A DNA stretch of 63,516 bases from Oopsacas minuta (Eukaryota; Animalia; Porifera). The DNA lies in NCBI GenBank assembly GCA_024704765.1, contig JAKMXF010000288.1, positions 434,485 to 498,000 of the forward strand, given 5' to 3'. Below are positions 12,854 through 28,816 of this stretch, piece by piece. Below the pieces are notes generated by a model. The model was not told where the DNA came from. It searched no databases and saw only the letters and a list, made by a program, of their open reading frames with translations. Made by a program: the position numbers and the translations under genes. Each line of letters begins with the position of its first letter. Position 1 is the first letter of the stretch.

Positions 12854-14228
12854 TTCTCTGTACATTATGCGAATACTGTAATTATGTTTATTTGTATTTT
12901 ATCAAAATATATTCGATTAAACTATTCTACATTCCTCAATCAGTATCTTAGCAACAATATCGGGGACATGGTATGTGAGGTATAAGAGTAATATAATTGG
13001 GATTCACGCTTTACACCTTGGTAACCGATTATTTAATCAGGAATGTACTCTATTCGTTAAGATAATTAGCTCATTAACTGTCCAACAGCTAACAACCGTT
13101 TCTAAGATTGGAATGTATCTGTCACTAAATATGATACTATCAATATATGGAAATGTCTACAGTGGAAGTTGTGCCACATAATATCCACATTTAAATATCA
13201 ATATTCGTCTGAATTATAGCAAAATGATAACCAAACCTTATCTCCAAAATATTGCTTACTTCCAAATAGGAGATTTTAATCTACTGTTATCATTTACGGA
13301 GTGTTATAATTCGACTACATCAGAAATTGGTGCTGATAACCATTTGATTGATCAAGACATAACATGCATAAATCATCATAGCAACATACATCCATATAAA
13401 GAATGCAAATATTCATAAATGACATGCAGGGTGTTGAACTTATACACATTTCTAAGGTAACAGATCATTGCTATATACAAACACGATTATATTCTAAAAA
13501 CGTGTATTACACAATATAAGTCAATATAAAGTACATTCCACATGATATAACTGGTAGTGAAGGAAATAATATGACTATTATTAGTAACACATGATTTAAT
13601 CAGGTAAGCTAGCATTTGATTGGGTAATATCGTATAAGAATATATTTAGCAAATAAAGCTTTCAACCAATCAGATTACATATTATCCCAAAAGTAAATAA
13701 ATTCTGGAAAAACAACAATAACTCTTTTGGGAATTCCCCCGAAAATATTATCAATCAAATTCTAATTTTAGCTAAAATACTACTATTAGATATTACTAAT
13801 TAGATTTGTTAATTATTAAGTTTACTTATTCACGTTATTTTGTATTAATAAACATTTCAATATATGGAACTAATTAACTTAATTAACACCTAATTTGAAA
13901 ATAACAAATACTCTCAAATTTGATTCGCCAACTGGTTTATGATAGTATCCTATTTAGTGACAGATACATTCCAATCTTAGAAACGGTTGTTAGCTGTTGG
14001 ACAGTTAATGAGCTAATTATCTTAACGAATAGAGTACATTCCTGATTAAATAATCGGTTACCAAGGTGTAAAGCGTGAATCCCAATTATATTACTCTTAT
14101 ACCTCACATACCATGTCCCCGATATTGTTGCTAAGATACTGATTGAGGAATGTAGAATAGTTTAATCGAATATATTTTGATAAAATACAAATAAACATAA
14201 TTACAGTATTCGCATAATGTACAGAGAA

Positions 14229-14900
14229 TCAAATAATAATAGTATTTGTACAGAGAGTCAAGGTGTCAGAAATGTGTCGGTTTATGGCTCTGAGTTGGTC
14301 CAGTTGGAAGTATAGCATTTGATTGGTGGTGTATTGACAACGCTGAATGCCTATTTCGTATATTTCCTCTGCGACATTCCATTGGCTGAGTAGACACATA
14401 ACAGCAGCTGCTTCCAGATAGCCATCTGATTGGTCAGGAAGTGAGTGTAGTTTGTTGATGGCAATCACTAGAGATTGTTTAAGGTGTTTGCAATGCTCCT
14501 TACTCAGAGGGTCCTGTTCTTGTCGTCTCCTTACGGCCTCATTGTACACTCTCTTCAGTCTGTTCGCCCTTAGGTATCCTCTCTCTGAAACTCTGCGAGT
14601 AGGTGGTGAAGTGACACTTAATTGTGTCCCTTCACAAGATGTGTTAGTGTCGCTAGTGGCAGAAGTTGCACTGAATAGAGAAGCAGCAGAAGTATTAGAA
14701 CTGAGTGAAGTATTTGATTGGCTGAGAGTGGAACATCTCCGTGTGGCACAAAATGTGTCGTTTTCAGATTCTGCCAAATCCAGAATTTCCAAATTATTAT
14801 CACTCATCAGTTTTGTAAAGATACTCACTGATTGGCGGAAATTTCCTTTCATCAGCTGATTGTAACTTTTCCCAAATAGAACACCATTATGAGAACTCAT
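14229..14900 (-). CDS. Identical copy of the 223-aa TPR-like protein (copy 2, convergent with copy 1)
   Basis: Translation identical to 12182..12853. Confidence 0.55.
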   Translation of the reverse strand: MSSHNGVLFGKSYNQLMKGNFRQSVSIFTKLMSDNNLEILDLAESENDTFCATRRCSTLSQSNTSLSSNTSAASLFSATSATSDTNTSCEGTQLSVTSPPTRRVSERGYLRANRLKRVYNEAVRRRQEQDPLSKEHCKHLKQSLVIAINKLHSLPDQSDGYLEAAAVMCLLSQWNVAEEIYEIGIQRCQYTTNQMLYFQLDQLRAINRHISDTLTLCTNTIII

Positions 14901-16069
14901 TGTTTGTTATTATTTGTTTGTTTGTTTGTTTGTTGAAAACGAATAAATATACACAAAATAGTAGTATAATTGTTAAAATCATTTATCTATTCACTATTTA
15001 TACAATCCAGTCTACTACATGTTTCTGTTACACACTGTTATATGAATGAGTTGTTAAACTCAATGGCATTCCTTTGATGTGAATATGTACAAGATCTAGG
15101 CGGGCTTTTTTCTCGTTTTCACCTAGGTAGACACATTGTTATCCGTGTAATTGCCTTTATCTCTGACAAACTTTCTCCAATTGCAGTTCTAATCATATAA
15201 ATTGGCTGAATGGCTCTATGTATGATTTATCAGTCATTCAAGGAATTTGCATGCATGTATAGTCAGTGATGCTTTACATTCCTCTTCACATTTTTATCTG
15301 GTTGCTATAGTAACTCCCTTGAATTCATTAAACTTCAAACTTTAGCTTCGCTTATGAAGGTGATAGAGTGTTTAATGGTCGCAGCCAGTTCCGCCAACTT
15401 TCTAACAAATTGAATGATTGAGGGTCCTCATAATAGCTCTATGGGGCTGTAACCATGGGGAACAGCCCCCTGCTCCCCTGCGTCGGCGCTTATTTGTACC
15501 TTAATAGTGTTAGTGTCTGATAGTTGTCATGTTCTCATTCACCCATAATTCTTAGTGCATTTTTATACTTATTATTTGTAGAATTTACGGTTTCTGATTG
15601 AAATTATTAATAAAGCTATTTTCCACATATGGCGCCTGTTTATGGATTCACTTTGTGTCACGATAAATTCTAGATGTTAACACAGGTGTTAAATATTCAT
15701 ACATATGGTCTAACTAATTTGGACATCATCTTTCATTCAAAAGTTCAAAATATGCAAAAATTGGCTCATAGGTTGTAAAATTTATGGTTTTATGATAATT
15801 TAATAATGGAACTAGCTTCCAAATAGTTCCAAATTGTAACACCTTTTATGTGGATGAATGAGACACAAGTTAACACATATGTTGTGTCTGTGTAACCAAT
15901 GGTTCATTTATGTTCCAATTGGGACTATAATCTGTATTTATCTATCTGAACAGTGGATAAGAAATGACCTCAACAAGATTAACACTAATCCCATTATGCA
16001 TAACACTTTATTGGAACCATAGATTTAAGTGGCTTTCAAATTGAAACTAAACATTGTTATTATATCAAA

Positions 16070-19000
16070 ATGTTTAACTCATGCCCGTTTCTTGATAATG
16101 CCACAGATGAAATGTTCCAAAATGGAACTGGAACTATAAAGAATATAAATATATTAATCAGTAAATTGTCTCGCAAATCAAACGATAGAGTTAGAGCTTC
16201 ACAGTGGGTAATAAAACTTAAACAACTCGACAGCCAATCAATTATCAGGGATCATTATATCCAACTGCTATTCTCTCAGCTTAGTAATAATAGGCTCTCA
16301 GATCCATTTCTGGAACTACCACCAACCACACCACTTCTACCACTTGGTTAGTTCCGTATTATAGTTAGTTCCATATTCATGAAAGTGACAAACATGCACC
16401 TGTTTGTTTTCACACCTTTCTGGTTAATTTAGGATCACATCAACCTCTTTTTCAACAGCATTCCATTACTCCACCTGTGTTGTCAGGGAAGAACTCTCAA
16501 GATTATATACATCAACGCAGTCATTCGATTGAAATGTCAGTTCCATTCCAAAATGGGCATTCACACCTAACGCCACCATCCAGACACAGACCAATTCAAA
16601 ATATGGTTTGTGGCTATTTTTAGAAATTTAATCAAGTTTTTTACATTCAATTCCGTAGAATTCGTCGCGAGGATTTGAGGATTTGCTTGAATCGACTGAA
16701 TTACTTTTGTCGCAAACACAGCCACCATTTGGCGCCCAGGATCACTTGCCAAGGAGATACCAAAGAGGTAAGTTCGTTACCATGGAGATTCCTGAATGAT
16801 TAATCATATTTTCACACCTTAGATGGTCACCCCGACACAGTTACTTCTCTTCTTGTAGACGAGGAGGATTTTCCGCCACTTTATGAAGCCAATCTTTCCT
16901 CACCAGAACTGACACTATCTGATAATAATTTAGGTAATATATGCCACTAACACCTTCCTAGAGGTGTCGTTTTAGGCATTGACACTTTTGGTGTGCTGGA
17001 CACTTTATTTAGCTTCCACAATAACTGAAAATACAAATTTGTATATTTTGGTTCATTTACAAATCAATATTTATTGGAGGGTATCATATACAGAATTCCA
17101 ATTACATTTATTCGTTGCTAGGAGATGGACTTCTAGAATGTTCAAGCAAAAAGAGACATTCAGATGTCACTGATTTGATTGGTGGAAATTTAAGCGCCAG
17201 ACTACATAACCGTATTCGTACAGCTCCTGTATCTGATAGGCGGCGACACAATCCTCTGCTACAAGATGACAGTCTTAGAATGGTGAGTGTGCCACTTACA
17301 AAATATTCTGTTTCACAATTAGGACTCCAATTATGCCACTTTATGCCACTTGAAAGTGTCACATTTCCTTCTATAGATTCTGGACCAAAAGAACTCAGAG
17401 CTAGAATCTACTAAGCATAACTACTCATCGAAACTTCAAGAGGTTGTGTCCAGGTGTCGCCGTCTAGAGGACAGACTGAGACAATCAGAATTGGAATTGG
17501 GAAGAGAGAGAGATGGAACTAATGAGAAATTGGAGGAACAGAAGAATTTATTTGAAAAGCGACACAATTCTTTGGTCAAAGAATATGAACTAAAAATGCA
17601 AACAGTAAGCTTTGTTTACTTGTTTGTTTATTTGCAAAATATAAACAATTATGCTACCAAAAAGTGTCCGAGTAAATGTGACACATATTAGCTAGTGTTA
17701 AGGTGTAACCGCGACACCATATGTCACAAATATGAGAATAGATCCTCAAAATGACATGGCCGTAAATCGCCACTATGAAATGTGTTTATTGTAGTTGTGT
17801 TGTTGTCTAGTTTATAGAGGATAATGAATATGAGAGAGGTGACATACACAAACAACACAACCAGAAATTGAGTGACGTCATGACATCAACACAAGATCAA
17901 AGAATTAAATTAGAATCTGAATTTGCTAAACAAGCTAGAGCGACGAATAGGATTGTACAGGAATTGGAGATTAGAGTTAAACAGCTGACTGATGAAGTAG
18001 CTAATGAGGCAAAGGTAAACAAATATACAAACAAACAAATAAACATACAATTAGACAAGTAGACAAACAAACAAACAAGTAAACAATTATACCAAAACAA
18101 ATGAAAGGATGAACCGATTTAGTAAGATTTGTTTGTGATTTGTTGTTATTTACTATTTACAGAGTCGCACACACATATTCAAAGAAAAAACAGAATTGGA
18201 ACAAAGAGTGCAGTCATTACGCCACCAATTAGACGCCTCAAGCAATAGGTGTGAAGAACTGGAACTAGAGAAAAGAGAATATTTCGCTGATTATGAAGGA
18301 AATCTTAGAAAATTACAAAATCAATTAGAACAAACAATTCAGATAGCAAAACAGGAACAGAATGGGTGTATACAAAAGTATAATGCTAAGATGCAGGTAG
18401 TAAACAAGTAAACAAACTAGTAAACAAGCAAACAAACTTGTAAATAAACAAACAAACACATAACTATTCATAACGAATTCCTTTTACGATAGGATTTAGA
18501 GAAACAGCTGATTCAATATAAGAACGCGCTAGATATTTCCAGAACAGATAAACAACAATTAGAAGCAAACATAGAACAAACAAACAAACATCTTAGCAAC
18601 AAAGACGTGCAATTGGAATGTACAGTCAATCAAGCTAAAACAGAAATAGAACAGGTCCATATATATATATATATGGGGTGTAGGCCAATTGGGCTAAAAT
18701 GTGTCCCAATAACACCTTGAGTATGGCACAAATTTGTATAATGAATACTGTAAAGTTCATTTTTATATGAGACACGTATTATCCATGGTCCATACTTATC
18801 GGCTACAGTTCATGTAGAATTTGTATTATCACCACATTGCCATATCCATATATATCACCTAATCGTAGAAGTTTGTCCTTTGGGCATATACCATTTCCCA
18901 TATTACCGTATACTCCTCTTAATAGAGCTACCAGTTAATCGGGTCAATATGTCCTCTGGTCCTGATGTGACCTTGTTAAGGGAGTCTACAGTTATGCGAA

Positions 19001-21392
19001 GTGATGACCCCTCTAGTTATCAACAATTCCTTTACGCTTGTCAAGGATATTTGTCCGACACCCCTGTTATAAACTAGTCTATAATAGATTGAGACGCGCT
19101 ATAAACAGAAACTGAGAAAATTAGAATCAACAATAACAACAAGAGAGAACACAATAAGAGAGCTCGAAAATATTAACACAAAACAAACACAACAAGCTCA
19201 ATTCGCATTAGACCAATTCAAATCACAGTTTGAAAAGAATTCTTCAGATATTTATAAGCAAATGAAACAACAACTGGAGAAGGTAAATAATTTTGGCGCA
19301 TACGGGGTGGATGTCGTCCAGGGGGGCTAGGCGGGTAAATGTGTTACCACCTCTCCATAGTTACAAGTAGGGTTATAAGGAATTTATAGGTGAAATTACA
19401 GAGTTATTTTTAATCTCAAATTCATGTGGATTTTGATAATTGGAATCCCAGCGGACATACGTATACGACGTTTAGTTCCATATTTCAACACCTATAGGTT
19501 GAGCAGGATTTAGAAACGAGCCGACAGGTCCGTGAGAAGCAATGCCGTGAAAATATGAAACAGAGAGAAATAGAGAAAAAACAAAATACAAAAGAGATTG
19601 AAATTTTGAAAGTGAAATTTGGGAAAGAACGCCAACAAATTTTGAAAGATTCAGAGGATATGAAGATTAAACTGGAACTGAAACTAACTGAAGAGCGGGA
19701 TAAGATTCTTAGGAACACTCAAGAAAAAGTGTCACGTAATGAGAACGAGTTCAGGTATGAGTAGCGTAAATAACAACAAATAATTGTCTCACAAGTTACC
19801 TGTGTCTAGATTAAAATGTCAAGAAGATAGCAACAGGATAAACACATTGGAATGTGAACTAAAGGAAGCTAGAGATCAGTTAGCTACACAACAGACTCAG
19901 TATAAGAGTCAGCTGTTAGAGGTTAGCATGATGAGAGAGGAAGAGAAACAAAACAACAACAGAATACACCAGAACCTTATCTCTAAGTTTAAAGTTAGTT
20001 TGTATTAACTGGACTATGGATATTCGGGTACTTTGTTCACGCCATATCCTAATAATAACATGCTCTTTTGTTTGTTGTTATTTACTTTAGGGTGAGATTG
20101 ATGATCAGAGGAGACAAATAGAAAGTCAATATTCTGACAGAGCACAACATCAACAACAACAAACAGACAACAAGCTACAAGAATTAGAATCAGCAAACCA
20201 AGAAAGATTATTAAGGATTCAACAGAAATTATCAACAGCTGATAATGAGATTAAATACTTGAAAGAAGATCTGTTAAGAAACAAGGTATTTATTCATATG
20301 ATTAATCTTCACACCTAAGCCTGTGTGCACTGAGTGAATTATGAGGTGTAGAGTGGAGATTTGCACCCACGAGGGCGAAAATATGATATCAAGGTGTTCA
20401 AATTGTGTCGCATAGGCCACTTATGAGGAACACATCAGAGAAAATACAACACATCATGAACACTCATTAGATGAAGTTAGAAAGAGTCATGATGCTGGAA
20501 TGAGATCTCTACAGCAGGAGAGTGACACTAATAGAGAAATGGTGTCACAAATCGAGAAGAGGTGTCATCAGGTGAGATATATCTCATAAATAGTAGAACT
20601 TACAATTGGGGAACACTTTGGGACTCCTGAAAGTGTTTCTTATATGGAGGTGGTAACCATTTTCAGCATAACACACGTCATTAAGTAGAACCGACGTTAC
20701 TGATCCCCATGAACTGTGAACAAAATACATCCTACAGTCCTGTTGATCCCCACGAATTATGATAAACACTTATGTTCCTTAATGGGAGGTCCATGTGAAT
20801 GGCTAAGTGATATTTGGACACAATAAAGTGTTCTCGAATGGAGGTGTTACTGTAGATAGTACTTCGACATATTTTCACAATTTCTCAGAGAGTTTATAAC
20901 ATATCGCTTAGATATTATAACATGTTCTTGTATGTACACTATGCAACTTTTGTGCCAATTTTCACACCTCTAGCTCTTGACAATTCTTCAATTACTTCGA
21001 ACGAAATTATTTCATTCAATTCCAAGGCCTGTGAAAAGGTGTGAAAATATACACATGATAATTTATAATATCACATACATAATTAGAGGTGACTACCTGT
21101 ATACTTGTCAAATTTGCTATCTTAATCTCTAAAGGTGTGAACAGGAGTGCAAACACGGACAATCGGACAGAAATAGTAAATTCAATTCTATTTTTAGCTC
21201 GAAGTTGAATCAGAACAGAAATTGAGTCATGCCCGCTTAAGGTATGAAGACAAGTTGTCTGGTTTACTGCCACATTCCATACGCAGAGAACTTGAGGACA
21301 CAATTATGTCACTCAAGGCACAAGTGTCATCCTTGAATGAACGTTGCATTCTTTTGCAAGAACAGGTTGCTAAGAAGAGAGGGAGAGTTTAA
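16070..21392 (+). CDS. CEP112: CEP112-like centrosomal protein (N-terminal DUF4485 plus long coiled coil), multi-exon
   Basis: DRVRASQWVIKLK...RDHYIQLLFSQL...LSDPFLELPP is the DUF4485 pattern. It is followed by many E/K/Q-rich coiled-coil exons (17446, 17868, 18196, 19485, 19784 regions). The stop near 21390 is inferred. Confidence 0.72.
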
Positions 21393-21558
21393 CTTTGGTT
21401 TGTTTGTTTGTTTGTTTGTTCACTTTTTATTTACGAATTCTTTTTGTTGTTAATTTAGTTATTAATATTGATATGCTAATTACAATGTTGTTGTTGTTCC
21501 TTGGGTGTTTATTATTAATTGTTTATTTGTTTGTTTATATTTCTGTAATTAGCAAAAA

Positions 21559-23926
<2,368 letters not shown>

Positions 23927-24849
23927 AGGATTTTGAGTGACAATTTGTTGGTGTTGTTGACAAACCTTATTTTGATGTGTTTTGTTAATAACGGAAATAA
24001 ACAAACATCGAATAATACTTGCTTATTTGTTTGTTTACTTCCTTTAATTGTTTGTTTGTTTATTACTCCTTTTCAAGGTTTCCTCCCCCCTCCAGCCCTC
24101 CTTTTTGGTTTACAAATATTTTAGCATATGAAAGGTAAACAAAACTTATCACACAATTATACCAAATGCTATGAGTATATTAACAATTATTACAAGTAAA
24201 CAATCACAAAATATAAAGCCAACACTTCCTCTCTTATCATTGACATCTATAAAAGAATTGTATTATAATTTTCATATGTTATGTGATTAATCATATTTTC
24301 ACACCTTACGTCGGCGCAGGAGTTTATTTTAAATTTTTCTCATAAAAATGAAAAGTTCATATTACACTCGAACCTCTCTTATCCGGCCCTCAGAGATACG
24401 GGACACCATTTTCCAAAAGTTGGTTTGACAATTTTCAGTAATATTTCCTTCTACTAAGCTGTCCTATTTGTACTCACAGACATAGCCACTTTTCGGGCAT
24501 ATCCCGCACTTATCTTATATACTACTTAGTGGCAGCGGACGGGGGGGGCGAACGTGCGGTCGCCCCCCCCTCCCGTCACAGAAAATATCCCAAAGATTTG
24601 ATTGTAGACTTACTACTATTGGGTCAAATGAAGCCCGCTATCTGGAATTTGTAAACAAGTCTATTTAATGAATAACAATATATTATTATTGCTTTCTTGT
24701 TATTGGTTGAAAACTTACTATAAGCGAGTAAACATAACAAAGTAGTCCTGTATATATTATTATAACAATCATTTTTAACCAGTTTTGTTGCTGACATTAG
24801 AAGAATTATTATTCGATGAAAGCGCAACTTCGTGACTTCTACGATCCAC

Positions 24850-25138
24850 AGCCTGTAGGCATCTAATCGCCAACGCCGAGACAGCAGAAACAGAAATTAC
24901 CGAAATGGTAGCCACAGGAATCACAACCCCAACGATGACTGATGGAGGTGCAACCACGAATGACATTGGAACTGTCATTGGAAAACCTGCGGAGTTATCC
25001 GATCATGACAGACTGAATCTGCTTAACGACGCGTTTGTGTCCAGCATTGGTTTTGATTGTCCTTATCAAAACAGGGCAAGCAAAGGAAAGGTCAAAAAAA
25101 ATAAGTATTTGTCCAGGGTTATCGTCAGGATTATGTAA
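24850..25138 (+). pseudogene. Possible fragment of a hAT-type transposase N-terminus (ZMYM/THAP12-like)
   Basis: DIG..IGK...LSDHDRLNLLNDAF......CPY.....G is reminiscent of that family's N-terminal segment. There is no downstream continuation. Recognised by motif memory only. Confidence 0.35.
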
Positions 25139-25234
25139 TAGGGGGTGCATCGTACACACTCTGTGCACAATAGGCGTTAAAATACACCCCTAAGGAATAA
25201 AGAAGATGATAGCCCGTTTTTTGGGGTGAATATA

Positions 25235-26150
25235 CAGTCAAGGGACAAAAGTATTCGACCACACAAATATATTGTCATAAATTGTATACTCTTTCCCGCT
25301 CCTATATATTGTGTAGTCTATATTCGTAGCTGCTATCTAGTAATTTCAATAGAATAATGTATGTTTTTCAAGAATTTCAAAAAAATATTTTCGATTTACA
25401 CTTTCTGAAGGTGTTAATTATTAATAATTATTAGATAATTATTGATAATCAAAAATATGTGGTAATTTAAAGCCTATGAAGAATCTATAATTTCTGACTT
25501 GATATTTGAATTCTACGTAGGCGAGTTACCCCAGATTGAAATTTCCAATCGAATTGAACAACTTTTACCAAAGTTATAGAAGAATTCCAATTTGTCCCAC
25601 TTGTGCCACCTTTTGCCCAAGGTGGCACAAGTGGCCGCTACCAAGAAGTTATTTTGTAATTCAAGGGTTAGCATAGTCATATCATTCGAAAATAGTACTT
25701 TGACTTATTCCTCCTAACCCTAGTTGATTTCCTTGTAGTGGCGCTTTTTCCTGCCACCTGTGCCACTTTTTCAAAAAGTGGCACAAGTGGGACAAATTGG
25801 AATTCTTCTATAACTTTGGTAAAAGTTGTTCAATTCGATTGGAAATTTCAATCTGGGGTAACTCGCCTACGTAGAATTCAAATATCAAGTCAGAAATTAT
25901 AGATTCTTCATAGGCTTTAAATTACCACATATTTGATTATCAATAATTATCTAATAATTATTCATAATTAACACCTTCAGAAAGTGTAAATCGAAAATAT
26001 TTTTTTGAAATTCTTGAAAAACATATGTTATTCTATGGAAATTACTAGATAGCAGCTACGAATATAGACTACACAATATATAGGAGCGGGAAAGAGTATA
26101 CAATTTATGACAATTTATTTGTGTGGTCGAATACTTTTGTCCCTTAACTG
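25235..26150. mobile_element. Non-autonomous Tc1/mariner-like element with ~380-bp terminal inverted repeats
   Basis: Begins CAGTCAAGGGACAAAAGTATTCGACCAC and ends with its near-exact reverse complement. Flanked by TA on both sides. Arms ~25235-25615 and ~25772-26150. Confidence 0.85.
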
Positions 26151-26940
26151 TATAACATCGAATTACTAGCGATTATACGATATTAGGTGTGTTTATACAC
26201 GATAGAGGGGTACACTATGTCTATTTATACACGATAGGGGGGTGCATAATCATAATAAGGGGGGGGCTGTGCCCCCCCAAAAAGGCTTAGCGAGAACACT
26301 GTATTTGTCACAGTTCCAACACACATGAACCTACTTGAGTTCAATTTTTGATATACTATAATGTGTAGACAGTCTAGCACTGATACAATATTCCTAAAGA
26401 GTATCCTCTCAATCCAAAATGTGAGTGGATGGTTTACTCTACGCCCTAGGCGTGAATTAGATCCCTATGTATTGGCAACCACTTTGACCGCCCCCCTCAA
26501 AGAAATTCCTAGCGCCGCCACTGATACTACTAGCAACAACGCCACCAACTGGGCGGCTTTTTCTGCTAGTTACTGTGAATACTTTTTGGGCCTTCGGCCC
26601 TCACGATTGTCTTTTTGGAGTTTGCAAACACTGCGCGTATTATACGAAGAAAGGAATCTGATTGGCCAACGTTGACCAATCAGATTCCTCCAAAATGCAT
26701 TGATTTATATGTGTGAGGTGTGAAAAATTCACATATCTTATCCAACAATGGTTCGATTCGAAATTTATACTTTATTTGTATAGGTTGAGTACTACTTAGT
26801 CGACACACAAAATTTGGTTCGAATCGGCCCAGGCATCTCTGAGAAAATGCACACACACATGCCCGCTACTCTCTGGTAAGTCGCTACCAAGAAAAGAGGT
26901 TCGAGGCTATTCGCATTTTCGCTGGCGGGGTAACTTACTT

Positions 26941-28040
26941 TTACTTTTTCTTATCAGGAAACCTCAGAAACTTAGTCAGTGTAGAATGGAATGTTGGTGT
27001 CTCAGTAGCTCTCACCAATTCCTTCCCTGGTTTTGCACCTTTCGAATCTTCTGCATCTTCAGGATCCTGTCTATGACTGTTTATTGCCCAAAACGTGCAA
27101 ACTGTCACAACTTCCACGAAATGAAGATTTCTATATTTTGGCATTCTCACGCATTCGTGTAGAATTTCTAGCAGCCATGAGCCTTGCTCCTCACTCCTAA
27201 ACGACGTGTACTCTTCTGTTGTCGAGTGGATAATCAGAAAATTGCTATGCTTCGTTGCGAATTGTATCGTTGGTTCTTCGAATGCTTCCTCATCGTCTGA
27301 TCCTCGGCATGCTTGGATTATGAAGACCTTAGGAATCAACATTAAATTGGTATTGTCCGCAAAGATTTTCACTAGCGTTTCCACTGTTGTTGTTTTGCTA
27401 ATATCCGTCTCTACTAGCGTTCCTTTCTCCCCACCGTGTGTAGCTATTGACACGAATATCACAGGACTCTTTTGCTCTACATTATCCGCAAAATTTTGAA
27501 CAAGATCTTTCATACTCGTTTCCTTTTGATCTGTTTCTTCAGGCTTTTGATTCAGGTATGTGAAATTGGTATAATCGATGTCGTAGCGGTCGTATATCCC
27601 TTTCAAGTACTCTAGGTCCTTGTCTGCACCCTTCCTCACTTTGGATTCATCTTCGCGTATCGACCATCTTTTATTTCCTTGAGGTCCCTTTTTGACTCTT
27701 TCTATGAAATTTTTGTTCACAATAATTATTCCTTGCCCTCTGAAATTATCTTTGAAGGGGTAGTCCAGTTCTTTATCACATTCTTTGCAATCTATAAAGG
27801 AATGGAGATTAGGATGTACCCCTTGGTGGTCAACGGGCGCGACAACAGGGATCTACAGGACGTGTAAAAATTGGTAAAGGGGTCTATGATTGAAATAGGT
27901 TATGAACCATTTGTATTATGTCATCACCTCAGCGCTCGGGGATATATACACATAGATAACTTACTCTGACATCTACCATACACCACTCCGCCATCTGTCA
28001 TAGCTTTGCCCACAATGTCTCCTGGTACTCTTGTGGCCAT
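26941..28040 (-). CDS. Caspase A (two exons: 28040-27965, 27791-26941), intact THG/QACRG
   Basis: Exon 1 MATRVPGDIVGKAMTDGGVVYGRCQ ends at a phase-1 GTAAG donor and joins in frame to ...RKGADKD...IATHG...PKVFIIQACRG...SFRSEEQGSW...TETPTFHSTLTKFLRF. Confidence 0.88.
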
Positions 28041-28816
28041 TCTTCAGTTATTGTTAATAACGTAGGAATATATTCTTACTACAAATCAGAATACAACGTA
28101 ATCTGCTACCAATTGTAAGGTGTTACTTATGAGAGTTAATACATAATCTTGGAGATCACACACCTCTATAAATATGAATCTTACAAACAGCCCCCAGACG
28201 TCATTAATTACTTTACATATACAAATATTCTTAAAGCTAAAATTCCTGATAATTCGTCAGAAATTATTTTGGATGCACTCAGAGGACAGTTTGGAAATTA
28301 ATTCCCGTCAGCGTTTCCTGATCCGAACGGACAAATGTAATTTCGGGTAGAATCGTGTCATGGAATGCTTACCTGTTTAATTGGTCACTGAAATATGTGT
28401 ATTTAACCTCCCTGTCTAAAATTATTCCCACAGAAGTATAACACCTTATCTGAAGTAATTATATACACAAATTTGTTTATTATTATTATTACTAAACTTA
28501 CACACAAATATATATTATTACTAATTATGGTAAACAATACATACTATTGAGGTACAAGAGGTTGTACTTCAGACTTTCACACCTAAAAGATATAAGAATA
28601 TTATCAACTATAGTATCATAGCAACAAGTTGTCATATATGGAATGTGTCAATGGTACGGTTTAACGAAGTAATTATTTATCATATTCATTTCTTATTATA
28701 ACACCTTCTTGTCGAAATTATCATTCCCCGCTTAAAATATATTTCTCCTACATTTGCCGCCTATGTTTCATTATTCTATGTACATATTCACACGCTTTAA
28801 TTTTTAACTCACGTTT

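Larger units (their letters stand above)
12070..15012. repeat. Large inverted repeat: arms 12070-13142 and 13940-15012 (~1073 bp), ~797-bp spacer
   Basis: Mirror coordinates sum to 27082 throughout, including the ORF ends. Both arms encode the same protein. I saw one mismatch (13132/13950). No target-site duplication at the outer edges. Confidence 0.95.

Noticed and set aside
12975-13418. Spacer ORFs as a frameshifted continuation of the TPR-like protein (e.g. F-box/LRR)
   Set aside because: No recognisable motif in any frame, and multiple stops.
12070-15012. The large palindrome as a TIR transposon
   Set aside because: The flanks (TTATTGGTT / TACTACATG) show no TSD and there is no transposase in the arms or spacer.
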